64,000 nucleotides of DNA from an uncultured Bacteroidota bacterium (GTDB lineage: Bacteria; Bacteroidota; Bacteroidia; AKYH767-A; OLB10): NCBI GenBank assembly GCA_900696575.1, contig CAADHD010000017.1, positions 824 to 64,823 on the forward strand, in the 5' to 3' direction. Under the pieces are notes generated by a model. The model was not told the origin of the DNA and made no database searches. It saw only the letters and a program-made list of their open reading frames with translations. Every line of letters begins with the position of its first letter. The stretch's first letter is position 1. This document shows positions 47,832-56,088 of the stretch, in pieces. Position numbers and translations under genes: made by a program.

Positions 47832-48566
47832 TCACTTTACCACATCAAGCATGCCGTAACCTTCATCGGTCAGCATGCCAATGCCTGTTTGCCAGATGAA
47901 ACGGTGAACGTCCGGATGTGCATGAAGCGTAAACGGAAGCAGATATCCAGTCATCGGCAGGCCTGAACTGCATTTGTATTGCCGGGCAAACTTTTTCCCT
48001 TCATGATGCACTTTATTGATGTATTCGCTGTCGGGAATAATTTCAAATTCTGCGTATTGGTTGAGTTGTTCTTCAGTAAAACCTGCCTTCTCCATTTTTT
48101 CTATCACCGAATTGTAAAGCATGTCGCTGAATTCATGCGAAGCCGGGTCAACAACCTGCATCGCTTTTTCGGCATCGTTATTCGGGTTTACCAATACTAT
48201 CGGAGAAATGCAGAGGTACCGCATCCGTGTTTGAAAATCGGGGTCTTCAATTTTAATTTTTCCTTTTACGCGAAGGGTAAGCCGGCCTATAATCAGTTTC
48301 GGATGCTCAAAAATTTTCTCTTTCAACTGCCTTACTTCATCCTCTTTTCTTCCCGATATAACCAAAGTGATTTTTGCCGAAAGAAGTTTCATGTATCCGT
48401 TCTGGATTTTGGACGTTGCTTTCAGCGATGAAAAATTGAAGTCGTACCGGTTATTGGAAATCGAATCAATCATCGGCCCAAGCGCATCGTTAATCAGTTT
48501 CTGATGATGCAGCGGAATGGTGTTCGTTGAGTTTTTCTCGCGGACAAAAGTGATTTTGTAACGCAT
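47832..48566 (-). CDS. Cas6-like RAMP endoribonuclease homologue (orphan)
   Basis: 244 aa. N-terminus MRYKITFVREKNSTNTIPLHHQKLINDALGPMIDS is like Cas6 (MR.K.TL....IPLNYQY). The C-terminal glycine-rich loop GIGMLTDEGYG matches GhGxxxxxGhG. No array or cas genes in the window. Confidence 0.5.
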   Translation of the reverse strand: MRYKITFVREKNSTNTIPLHHQKLINDALGPMIDSISNNRYDFNFSSLKATSKIQNGYMKLLSAKITLVISGRKEDEVRQLKEKIFEHPKLIIGRLTLRVKGKIKIEDPDFQTRMRYLCISPIVLVNPNNDAEKAMQVVDPASHEFSDMLYNSVIEKMEKAGFTEEQLNQYAEFEIIPDSEYINKVHHEGKKFARQYKCSSGLPMTGYLLPFTLHAHPDVHRFIWQTGIGMLTDEGYGMLDVVK

Positions 48567-48729
48567 ATTGGCAAGGTTTAGCGGGTTATAAAAACAGTTA
48601 AAGGCAAGCGTCAGTTATGGTCTGTACTCATTAAGAAAAACAACATTGAAATGGTGTTTTAATAGTCCGGTTATCAGCCGCTTCAAAGTCAATGCAAACG
48701 TACATTTTTTATGAATAGTCGCAACTTCC

Positions 48730-49869
48730 CTAATAAAAATCTTCTGCTCTAAAACGGGCAAACAGGGGGTAATGATCAGACAAATACTTCCTGATTATCC
48801 TGAATTCAAGGCAACCCATTTCCCGGCTGTGAAAGATGTAGTCAATTCTGAAAGCAGGAAACGGGCCGGAATAGGTAATTCCAAATCCTTTTCCTTTCTG
48901 AATAAACGAATCGTTCAGTTGTTTGGTAACTTGCCAATATGCCCAGGAGGAAGGGGTGTCGTTAAAATCGGTGCAGAATAAAACAGGATAGGAACTTTGC
49001 TCCGTATGTGCTAGTACTTTTTTCAATTGCTCTGTACGCATTTCAAGGGCGAATTTCATTCTGTGGGCTATAGACTTCATACCTTTCAGATTTTCTTCTG
49101 ATGCCTGCAAGTGGTTATTCAGCATCATTTTATACTCGTCAGGCCCGAAACGGATAGATTGAAAATGGACATTGTAAACCCTTACAGTATCATGTTTGAT
49201 TTTTATATCGGCATAAAGGCAAAGATTAATACTGCTTCCTTTTCGATTAAACTGCGGTTTCGGAAGTTCAATTTCACCTGTGTTTACTATAGGGTAACGG
49301 CTGTAAATGGCCATGCCCCAGTGATGATGTTTATACAAGGTTACCGGCATTACCACAAATTGTTCTTGGTAGCCCAGTGTATCGGTCATGTATTGCCGTA
49401 TGCGGTATTTGCCTGTATCGCAATGAAAAAATTCCTGAAAGCAGATTATATCAGGATTCAGTTTACGGATCATATCCATGGCATCCTGCCTGATGGTGGA
49501 TGTACCGAAATAGTTACCCGACCAATTGTAAAAATCAAAATTACGGGCATTGAAGGAAAGAACAGTAAAATCGGAATCTGATTTTGTTTTTGTAATGCTG
49601 TTCCATGCCCATTGAACGTTGAATGTTTTAAAGCCTGTTACAAAAACAATCAAGTGAAAACTTAAAAGCAGCCATTTTCTTCTGCTCAGCCAGAAAATCA
49701 GAAAGATAAAATTGAGCAGGAACAAAAACGGGAATACAATTCCTGAAAGGGAGATAACCCAGTATTTTCCGGGCGTAATGTAAGCCGCCATGGTTGACAT
49801 TCCCGCGACAACCCATACCAGGAGTGAAAAGGGTAAAAGAAACCAATCGAAAAAACGCAGGCCTTTCAT
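48730..49869 (-). CDS. membrane-anchored endonuclease/exonuclease/phosphatase (EEP) family protein
   Basis: Three N-terminal TM helices, then an EEP fold (SFNARNFD ... DIICFQEF ... CTDFNDTPSS ... DYIF). Confidence 0.7.
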   Translation of the reverse strand: MKGLRFFDWFLLPFSLLVWVVAGMSTMAAYITPGKYWVISLSGIVFPFLFLLNFIFLIFWLSRRKWLLLSFHLIVFVTGFKTFNVQWAWNSITKTKSDSDFTVLSFNARNFDFYNWSGNYFGTSTIRQDAMDMIRKLNPDIICFQEFFHCDTGKYRIRQYMTDTLGYQEQFVVMPVTLYKHHHWGMAIYSRYPIVNTGEIELPKPQFNRKGSSINLCLYADIKIKHDTVRVYNVHFQSIRFGPDEYKMMLNNHLQASEENLKGMKSIAHRMKFALEMRTEQLKKVLAHTEQSSYPVLFCTDFNDTPSSWAYWQVTKQLNDSFIQKGKGFGITYSGPFPAFRIDYIFHSREMGCLEFRIIRKYLSDHYPLFARFRAEDFY

Positions 49870-50730
49870 TTACTTTTTACTGGCCTTGAACAGTATTTCT
49901 TTTTCTGCCGATGTTAAACTTTCATAACCCGACTGACTGATTTTATCCAGTATGCGGTCAATGGTTTCCTGATCGGTAACCTCAGCGTTTTTTTTGCGGT
50001 GAACCACGCGCATAACCGGTTTGTTCTTTGAAAAGAGATTCTCAATAAATGTTGTAAGGCTATCCATCCATGCACCGATATTAGTTCTGCTGCGTAATTG
50101 TTTAACATAAATGAATCCGAACAATGCACCGCCAAGATGGGCAATATGTCCACCGGCATTAGGCCCTGCCATACTCAGCAGGTCTAAAACAACAGCAGCA
50201 ACAGCAAGATATTTCAATTTTACCTGACCGAAAAAAAGTAACCCGATAGAGTAGTCAGGAACTAATGTGGCGGCAGCAACGGTAATGGCCAATACACTGC
50301 CCGATGCCCCGATAACACTACCAAATTCGCGTATGCCTGAAAACAAAGGCAATGCCTGATAGGCAGTCATAAACAACACTGCTCCCGTCATTCCGCCAAT
50401 CAGATAAACACTCAATAATTTACGGCTGCCGAGAAATTCCATAAAAATCCTGCCCATCCAGTACAACCAAAGCATATTGAACAATAAATGCAGAATACCG
50501 CTATGAACAAACTGATAAGTAATAATACCCCAGGGATGTGCAAGAAAAGATTTCCATCCCGAATACATGGCAAAGTAACCGTTAACCGTTTCCGTAAATC
50601 TGCTGTTGTTGCCGCCAAGGCTGATGAACACTCCCGTCAGATTGATAATGATAAACACAGCTACATTCAGTATAATGAGCCGCGTAAGCACATTCCCAAA
50701 CTTTAACTCATGTCTTAATTCATCAAGCAT
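49870..50730 (-). CDS. rhomboid family intramembrane serine protease
   Basis: GASGSVLAI (GxSG) and HLGGALFG (catalytic His) within a 6-7 TM core. Confidence 0.8.
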   Translation of the reverse strand: MLDELRHELKFGNVLTRLIILNVAVFIIINLTGVFISLGGNNSRFTETVNGYFAMYSGWKSFLAHPWGIITYQFVHSGILHLLFNMLWLYWMGRIFMEFLGSRKLLSVYLIGGMTGAVLFMTAYQALPLFSGIREFGSVIGASGSVLAITVAAATLVPDYSIGLLFFGQVKLKYLAVAAVVLDLLSMAGPNAGGHIAHLGGALFGFIYVKQLRSRTNIGAWMDSLTTFIENLFSKNKPVMRVVHRKKNAEVTDQETIDRILDKISQSGYESLTSAEKEILFKASKK

Positions 50731-50954
50731 TTTTTCAATTCCGGTTTAGCGGTACTATTAAATACGATGGCTGTCTTAATGCGCACAAAGATATTCATCC
50801 AATACCATGGTTTGTGATACACACTATTAATGGCCGAAGGTCAGGTTTTAATCGTTGTTGATATAAGTAGCCGTTTGCTGAAAGTTTATTCTCCTTTTTT
50901 ATTTCTCAAAAGTTATCTGATTTTGTATTCCCGGTATGGATTATGACCTGTTCC

Positions 50955-51085
50955 GGAGACATAAAACTCCCACTGCACGATTTCAGTAGTGTGTGTGACG
51001 GCACGCTGACTACCCAAGCTGATAAAATTTTAATGCCACTTGCCTTTCAGAGACGAGAGGTGATTTTGTTACGTCTGTAAAAAAT
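50955..51085. repeat. intergenic repeat element A' (homologue of 8301-8436)
   Basis: ctcccactgcacgatttcagtaGTGTGTGTGacgGcacgctgactacccaagctgataaaa aligns with ctccctctgcacggttcttgtaaTGTG..TGacgAcacgctaaaaacccaaaccgagaaaa. Confidence 0.6.
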
Positions 51086-51275
51086 AGTTTTCCGTTTCCA
51101 TTTTTTTTATCACCGGTATTTCCGTGCTTATCAGAAGGGCTTCCGTGCTACGCAGCGAAAGGGCGCCCTTCAGGGCTACGGGTGCGCGCAGAAATTTCAG
51201 TTTACTGCATACATCAGGGCTACAGCCTGTTCAAAAATGTGAGAAAGTGCGAACAGGCAGAACACCCGTCACGGG

Positions 51276-51345
51276 TAAAAACTAAATGAAAAATGATTTC
51301 AGAAGTAACAAACTCAATAGTTGCCAGAGCGCCAGGCAGGGCTAA
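51276..51345. repeat. intergenic repeat element B' (homologue of 11152-11230)
   Basis: aaaactaaatgaaaaatgatttcagaagtaacaaactcaatagttgccagagcgccaggcagggc aligns with aaagctaaatgaaaaatgagctcagaagtaaccaagtccgtagtcgccagagtgcagtgccgggc. Confidence 0.6.
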
Positions 51346-51426
51346 AGACTATGGACATAGGGAAATTTACGAAGCATACTATTCACTCCTAAACTCCCAA
51401 CTCCGAACCAATTACTCCCCGCTATC

Positions 51427-52941
51427 CTAACTCCACTCCTCATCCATCCTTCTGTTTCTTTGTTTTTTCCGCCACTGCATCCGGCCGAATCCGAATACGA
51501 TTATAGCGGCAATGGGCAAAAGAAAATTGGCATACTTGTAAAATGAGCGTTGGCCGTCTTCCAGTTGGTCAAGCGGACGGGAAGTAATTCCTTTGGTACG
51601 CAATTCCATCAGTCCTGTATTATCGGTAAGCCATTCTAAGGAGTTGACAAGCAGGTTAACATTATCAGGAGGAAGCTGAGAGGCACGTTCACCGCTGCCG
51701 TTAACTCCGAAACCGCCATTGCTAATCACAATCATTCTGGAAGGGGTGTTGCCCGAAAGTTTTCCTGTAAAAGCGGCTCCCATTACAATTTTTGATTGAG
51801 GGAAGTCGGCATTGTTCCATTGCTTCTGAACATTGAAAAACACCGGTGCCGGTTGCGTTCCTGCCTTGTCTGATGAGAGTAGCAGCGGAGTAAATATTAC
51901 CGATGAATCACCGTGGTAAGTTATCGGACTGGCAAACTGCAGAATGACCTGTTCCAGGCCTTTCACAGCCGGATGTTCTCCAAACTTGCTTACAATGGGG
52001 AAGTAGGGAAAACTGATGTTGTTTATAAAGCTGAAAAATCCCTGTTGCTGCCTTACCTGTACACTGCCGCACTGCGCATCAATTACTAACTGGTCTTCAA
52101 TGATGATATTTTTTTGTTTCAGCCATTCTTCCAAACCTGTGGTCTTACTGTTGGCCATGCTGGTTTGCAGGTCGGCTGTCTGGCGGCTATAAGAGATAAA
52201 AATATTTTTTCCCTGAGCGAGGAAGGCATCTAACTGAGCTAAATGAGTGGAAGGAAAAGAATCTTTGGCATCAATAATGGCAAGCGTGGAATATCGGTCG
52301 GGAATAGGGAGAGAATCATTCATTTCATATTCTTCCACATTGTTAAGTACTAACAATCCGGCAGAGGCTTGTTGCAAATCTTTCAGCTCGGCTTCGCCAT
52401 GTCCTTTCAGCAATGCCACTACAGGCTTATCTTTTACACTGAGTTTTTTAATGGCTGATGAAAGTGCAAACTCCATAGGCGAACCGGGCTGCATAAAGGG
52501 AATGGATTCTTTTTTATCGCCCAATTGAATCTGTGCACCGAGGTAAGCCTTCTGTTGTTTCATCTGGTCTTTATCGCGCACATTAATCACTACGGGCTGT
52601 ATGCCGTTTTGCATTGCTTCGGTTTCTTTCTCTGTACTTTCATTTGGGTTGATAAAACTATAAACCACCTTTCCTTTGGATCTGCGGCTGTATTCAATAA
52701 GCAGGTCTTTAAAATCGCGCTTCACTTTTGAAATATCAGGCGGCATGTTATCAGAAAAGTATGCTTTTACAGTAACCGGTTCTTCGAGCGACTTCAAAAG
52801 GTCGGTGGTTGAATTACTGAGTGTATATTCTTTATCCTGCGTTACATCCCATCTGAAAAAATAACGGAATGAAAGCAGGTTGGCCAGTACAAATACAATG
52901 GCGATGATGAGCAGCCGTTGGTTGTAATTCGCTTTTTTCAT
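51427..52941 (-). CDS. gldG: gliding-motility ABC transporter auxiliary component GldG
   Basis: 504 aa with N- and C-terminal TM anchors, downstream of ABC ATPase and ABC-2 permease genes. N-terminus ...FRWDVTQDKEYTLSNSTTDLLKSLEEPVTVKAYFS is typical of GldG. Confidence 0.65.
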   Translation of the reverse strand: MKKANYNQRLLIIAIVFVLANLLSFRYFFRWDVTQDKEYTLSNSTTDLLKSLEEPVTVKAYFSDNMPPDISKVKRDFKDLLIEYSRRSKGKVVYSFINPNESTEKETEAMQNGIQPVVINVRDKDQMKQQKAYLGAQIQLGDKKESIPFMQPGSPMEFALSSAIKKLSVKDKPVVALLKGHGEAELKDLQQASAGLLVLNNVEEYEMNDSLPIPDRYSTLAIIDAKDSFPSTHLAQLDAFLAQGKNIFISYSRQTADLQTSMANSKTTGLEEWLKQKNIIIEDQLVIDAQCGSVQVRQQQGFFSFINNISFPYFPIVSKFGEHPAVKGLEQVILQFASPITYHGDSSVIFTPLLLSSDKAGTQPAPVFFNVQKQWNNADFPQSKIVMGAAFTGKLSGNTPSRMIVISNGGFGVNGSGERASQLPPDNVNLLVNSLEWLTDNTGLMELRTKGITSRPLDQLEDGQRSFYKYANFLLPIAAIIVFGFGRMQWRKKQRNRRMDEEWS

Positions 52942-52944
52942 GGG

Positions 52945-53670
52945 TTATTGAGCTAATTTTCTTTTTGATAAAGTCATTTCTGTGGCAATCATAAATACAA
53001 GAATGAGGGAGGCAAAGTAGATGAGGTCTTTGCTGTCAATCACTCCGCGTGTTACCGATTCGTAATGGGAAGAAAGGCTGAGGTAACTGAGCAGTGTACC
53101 TAAGGTTCCGGTAAAGTTTCCGGCCAGCACATCAAAAATGATATTAAAGAATAATCCTGCAAACAGGGCGGAGAGAAATGCCACAATCTGATTTCCGGTA
53201 ACGCTGCTTGTAAATAATCCGATGCTTATATACACGCTGCTCATCAGCAACAGGCCGAGATAGCCGGTTATGGTTGCGCCATGGTCAATGTTGCCAAGTT
53301 TCCAAACGGTGAGGTAATAAGGTAATGTCAATCCAAGTGCAATAGCAACCAGCAGCAGGCAGGCAAGAAATTTTCCCATTACCACCTGCCATTCGGTTAT
53401 GGGTTTGGTAAGGAGCAGTTCTATAGTGCCTGTGCGGTTTTCTTCGGCAAACATGCGCATGGTGATGGCAGGAATGAAAAAGAATAAAGTCCAGTAAGCA
53501 ATGCTGAAAAATACTTTAAGGTCAGCTTGATTACGGAGGAAAATATCGGTTCCGTAAAGCCAGGTAAAGAATCCGCTGAAACCGATAAAGGCTACAAGCA
53601 TGATATAGGCCGTAAGCGAATCAAAAAATGCCTGTAATTCTTTAATAGCAATGATCCACGATTTTTTCAT
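52945..53670 (-). CDS. gldF: gliding-motility ABC transporter permease GldF (ABC-2 type)
   Basis: 241 aa with 6 TM segments, in the gldA-F-G operon context. Confidence 0.65.
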   Translation of the reverse strand: MKKSWIIAIKELQAFFDSLTAYIMLVAFIGFSGFFTWLYGTDIFLRNQADLKVFFSIAYWTLFFFIPAITMRMFAEENRTGTIELLLTKPITEWQVVMGKFLACLLLVAIALGLTLPYYLTVWKLGNIDHGATITGYLGLLLMSSVYISIGLFTSSVTGNQIVAFLSALFAGLFFNIIFDVLAGNFTGTLGTLLSYLSLSSHYESVTRGVIDSKDLIYFASLILVFMIATEMTLSKRKLAQ

Positions 53671-53677
53671 AGTTCAA

Positions 53678-54607
53678 TCAGTTTAAGGTAAGGTCTCTGA
53701 ACAGGTCTTCAAGTTTGGTTTCGACAGGGGTCATTTCGGTAAGCACGTAGCCTTTCTCTTTGCAGAGATTAAAAATGTTTCTTCGAGAGGAAAGATTTTC
53801 ATGGCTCTGTACTTCAAAATAATTGGAAGTTCCCGGCATGGGGTCAACCATGGCTACTGTATCAAGCGAGCGCAGGTTCATGAATACTGTGTCGCGGTCG
53901 GCATCTTCAATTTTAATTCTCAGCAGTTCGCGGCCTGTGGCTTGTTTGCGCAAAGTATCCGGTGTTCCGTCTGCCACAATTTTTCCTTTGTTGATAATAA
54001 GGATGCGGTCGCAGGTGGCTTCTACTTCAGGAAGAATGTGCGTACTCAATATCACTGTTTTTTCACGCCCTAATTCTTTTATCAGTTTACGAATCTCTAC
54101 AATCTGATTCGGGTCAAGGCCGGTGGTAGGCTCATCCAGAATCAGCACTTTCGGGTCGTGAATCATGGCTTGCGCCAGGCCTACACGCTGCCGGTAACCT
54201 TTGGATAGTTCACCGATCAGTTTATGTTTTTCAACTCCCAGTCCGCACAGCCTGATCATCTCTGCAATACGGGGTTTTATTTTCGGCTCTTCAATGCCCT
54301 GCAACCGTGCGCTGTAAGCCAGGTAATCAATCACACCCATGTCGGGATATAACGGATTGTTTTCCGGTAAATAGCCAATCAGCTTTTTTACTTCTTCGGG
54401 CTGTTTGGTTACAGAATAATTTCCCACGGAAACATCACCATTGTTGGGAGCAAGCAGCCCTGTAATGATTTTCATGGTGGTAGTTTTACCGGCACCGTTA
54501 GGCCCCAGGAAACCCAGCACCTCACCGGTGCGCACATGAAACGAAATGTTGTCAACCGCTTTCTGTATTCCGTACTTGCGGGTAAGGTTTTCTACGGTTA
54601 TATTCAT
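53678..54607 (-). CDS. gldA: gliding-motility ABC transporter ATP-binding protein GldA
   Basis: Walker A GPNGAGKTT, signature LSKGYRQR and Walker B LILDEP. It is first in the operon with gldF and gldG. Confidence 0.7.
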   Translation of the reverse strand: MNITVENLTRKYGIQKAVDNISFHVRTGEVLGFLGPNGAGKTTTMKIITGLLAPNNGDVSVGNYSVTKQPEEVKKLIGYLPENNPLYPDMGVIDYLAYSARLQGIEEPKIKPRIAEMIRLCGLGVEKHKLIGELSKGYRQRVGLAQAMIHDPKVLILDEPTTGLDPNQIVEIRKLIKELGREKTVILSTHILPEVEATCDRILIINKGKIVADGTPDTLRKQATGRELLRIKIEDADRDTVFMNLRSLDTVAMVDPMPGTSNYFEVQSHENLSSRRNIFNLCKEKGYVLTEMTPVETKLEDLFRDLTLN

Positions 54608-54694
54608 GATGGTACTTCAGAATGGCGAGGGCGAATTTAATTCTGCCTGCATGACTGCTCAACAGGTTTAAGCCTGCAGCCTCTTAAACTTTTG

Positions 54695-54973
54695 TTAAAT
54701 GATAACCTGATAAATGGAATGAAGCGGAATATCCACGCCTGCTTTAATTTCGACATGCGAATCGGTAAGCGCCCACAGGGTGGTTTCCACTGCTTTGATA
54801 CCTGAAGTGGTACCGAAAATCAATTTTACTTTTTGTTTGAAGTCGTTGCCAAGAGCCACTGCGCTTTCAAGCATTGATTTTCTGCGGCTTCGGCTTTCCT
54901 CATCAGGCAATACTTCATCCGGTACAAAATGCAGTTCAGGTAATTTTTCTTTTTCAATCAGTTCGTAGGTCAT
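54695..54973 (-). CDS. small hypothetical protein
   Basis: 92-aa ORF with coding-like composition. No family recognised. Confidence 0.3.
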   Translation of the reverse strand: MTYELIEKEKLPELHFVPDEVLPDEESRSRRKSMLESAVALGNDFKQKVKLIFGTTSGIKAVETTLWALTDSHVEIKAGVDIPLHSIYQVII

Positions 54974-55020
54974 ATCGGTTTAAAATGCGCTCCCAAACTT
55001 AAAAATTTTCATCCAGTGAC

Positions 55021-56088
55021 TCAGGAGCGGGCAGGGAAATAACGATCACGGATTTTCAGCATCGGGAATTCAATGATTTTCGAAAAGATAACTGCAGAGG
55101 CGATAGACAGCGCAACGTAGATCCAGAAAGCATAAGGCAGGCTGCTCAGGTTTTCATATCTATCCATCACCATCTCACGAATGAAAACATGGAACAGGTA
55201 AATAGAATAGGAATATACGCCTGTGCTGCTTATTAAAGTAACCAGCCAATTCCATGGTGGGAATACATGGAAATGGTTCAGGTTAATGGTTCCCGTAATT
55301 AAAAGCAGAAGGATGTTGCCATAGGAAACATACAGCAAGGCATCTTTAATGGGGTTGAAGTAAGGAATTTTGTAAAGCGGAAGAATCAGGGCACCTGCAA
55401 TGGAAAACAACAGCAATGGAATACGGAAGCGTTGCAGTAAAAGTAAAAGCTTTTGGCGGTTAAAGCGATAATGGTAAGAAATGAAAACACCGTACAACAA
55501 AGAATCAAAGCAGTACTGTGTCTGCACCCTGCGTGCCCATTCATTGAAAAAATAATTTCTGGCAATATGATTTTCACACATCACATTGAACAATTCAATA
55601 ACGATGCTGAACAGAAAGAAAAAAATAAAAGCACGGTTTACTTTTTTCACATTCATCCATTTTTCCCGTTTAATGTAAAACATCAGGAATGCAATGCTGA
55701 AATAAAAGTGTTCTTCCACACAAAGCGTCCAAGTGTGTACCCAGAAACCACCCAGAAAATTTCTGGTGAAGGTGATTTCGGTAAAAATGTATGCGATGTT
55801 TATTTTATCTCCGTAAAAAAAACAGGCAGCAAGCGTGAGGAAAATAAAAAAGTAAAAAAGCGGATAGATTTTAAATCCGCGCCTGATGAGAAATCGAATC
55901 GGTTTTACATCTCCGAATTTTTCCTGCTCACGGAAGAGCAATCCCGAAATAAGGAATCCGCTCAGTACAAAAAACAAATCCACACCGGCATATCCTGTTT
56001 TTTCGAGGTAAGGAACCAGCGGGTAATGAAAGAAAACAACCAGCAGTACGGCAATGCCTCTCAAAAAATCAAGTTCCTTAATTCTCAC
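55021..56088 (-). CDS. acyltransferase 3 (OafA-like) family membrane protein
   Basis: MRIKELDFLRGIAVLLVVFFHY plus ~10 TM helices. Confidence 0.75.
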   Translation of the reverse strand: MRIKELDFLRGIAVLLVVFFHYPLVPYLEKTGYAGVDLFFVLSGFLISGLLFREQEKFGDVKPIRFLIRRGFKIYPLFYFFIFLTLAACFFYGDKINIAYIFTEITFTRNFLGGFWVHTWTLCVEEHFYFSIAFLMFYIKREKWMNVKKVNRAFIFFFLFSIVIELFNVMCENHIARNYFFNEWARRVQTQYCFDSLLYGVFISYHYRFNRQKLLLLLQRFRIPLLLFSIAGALILPLYKIPYFNPIKDALLYVSYGNILLLLITGTINLNHFHVFPPWNWLVTLISSTGVYSYSIYLFHVFIREMVMDRYENLSSLPYAFWIYVALSIASAVIFSKIIEFPMLKIRDRYFPARS

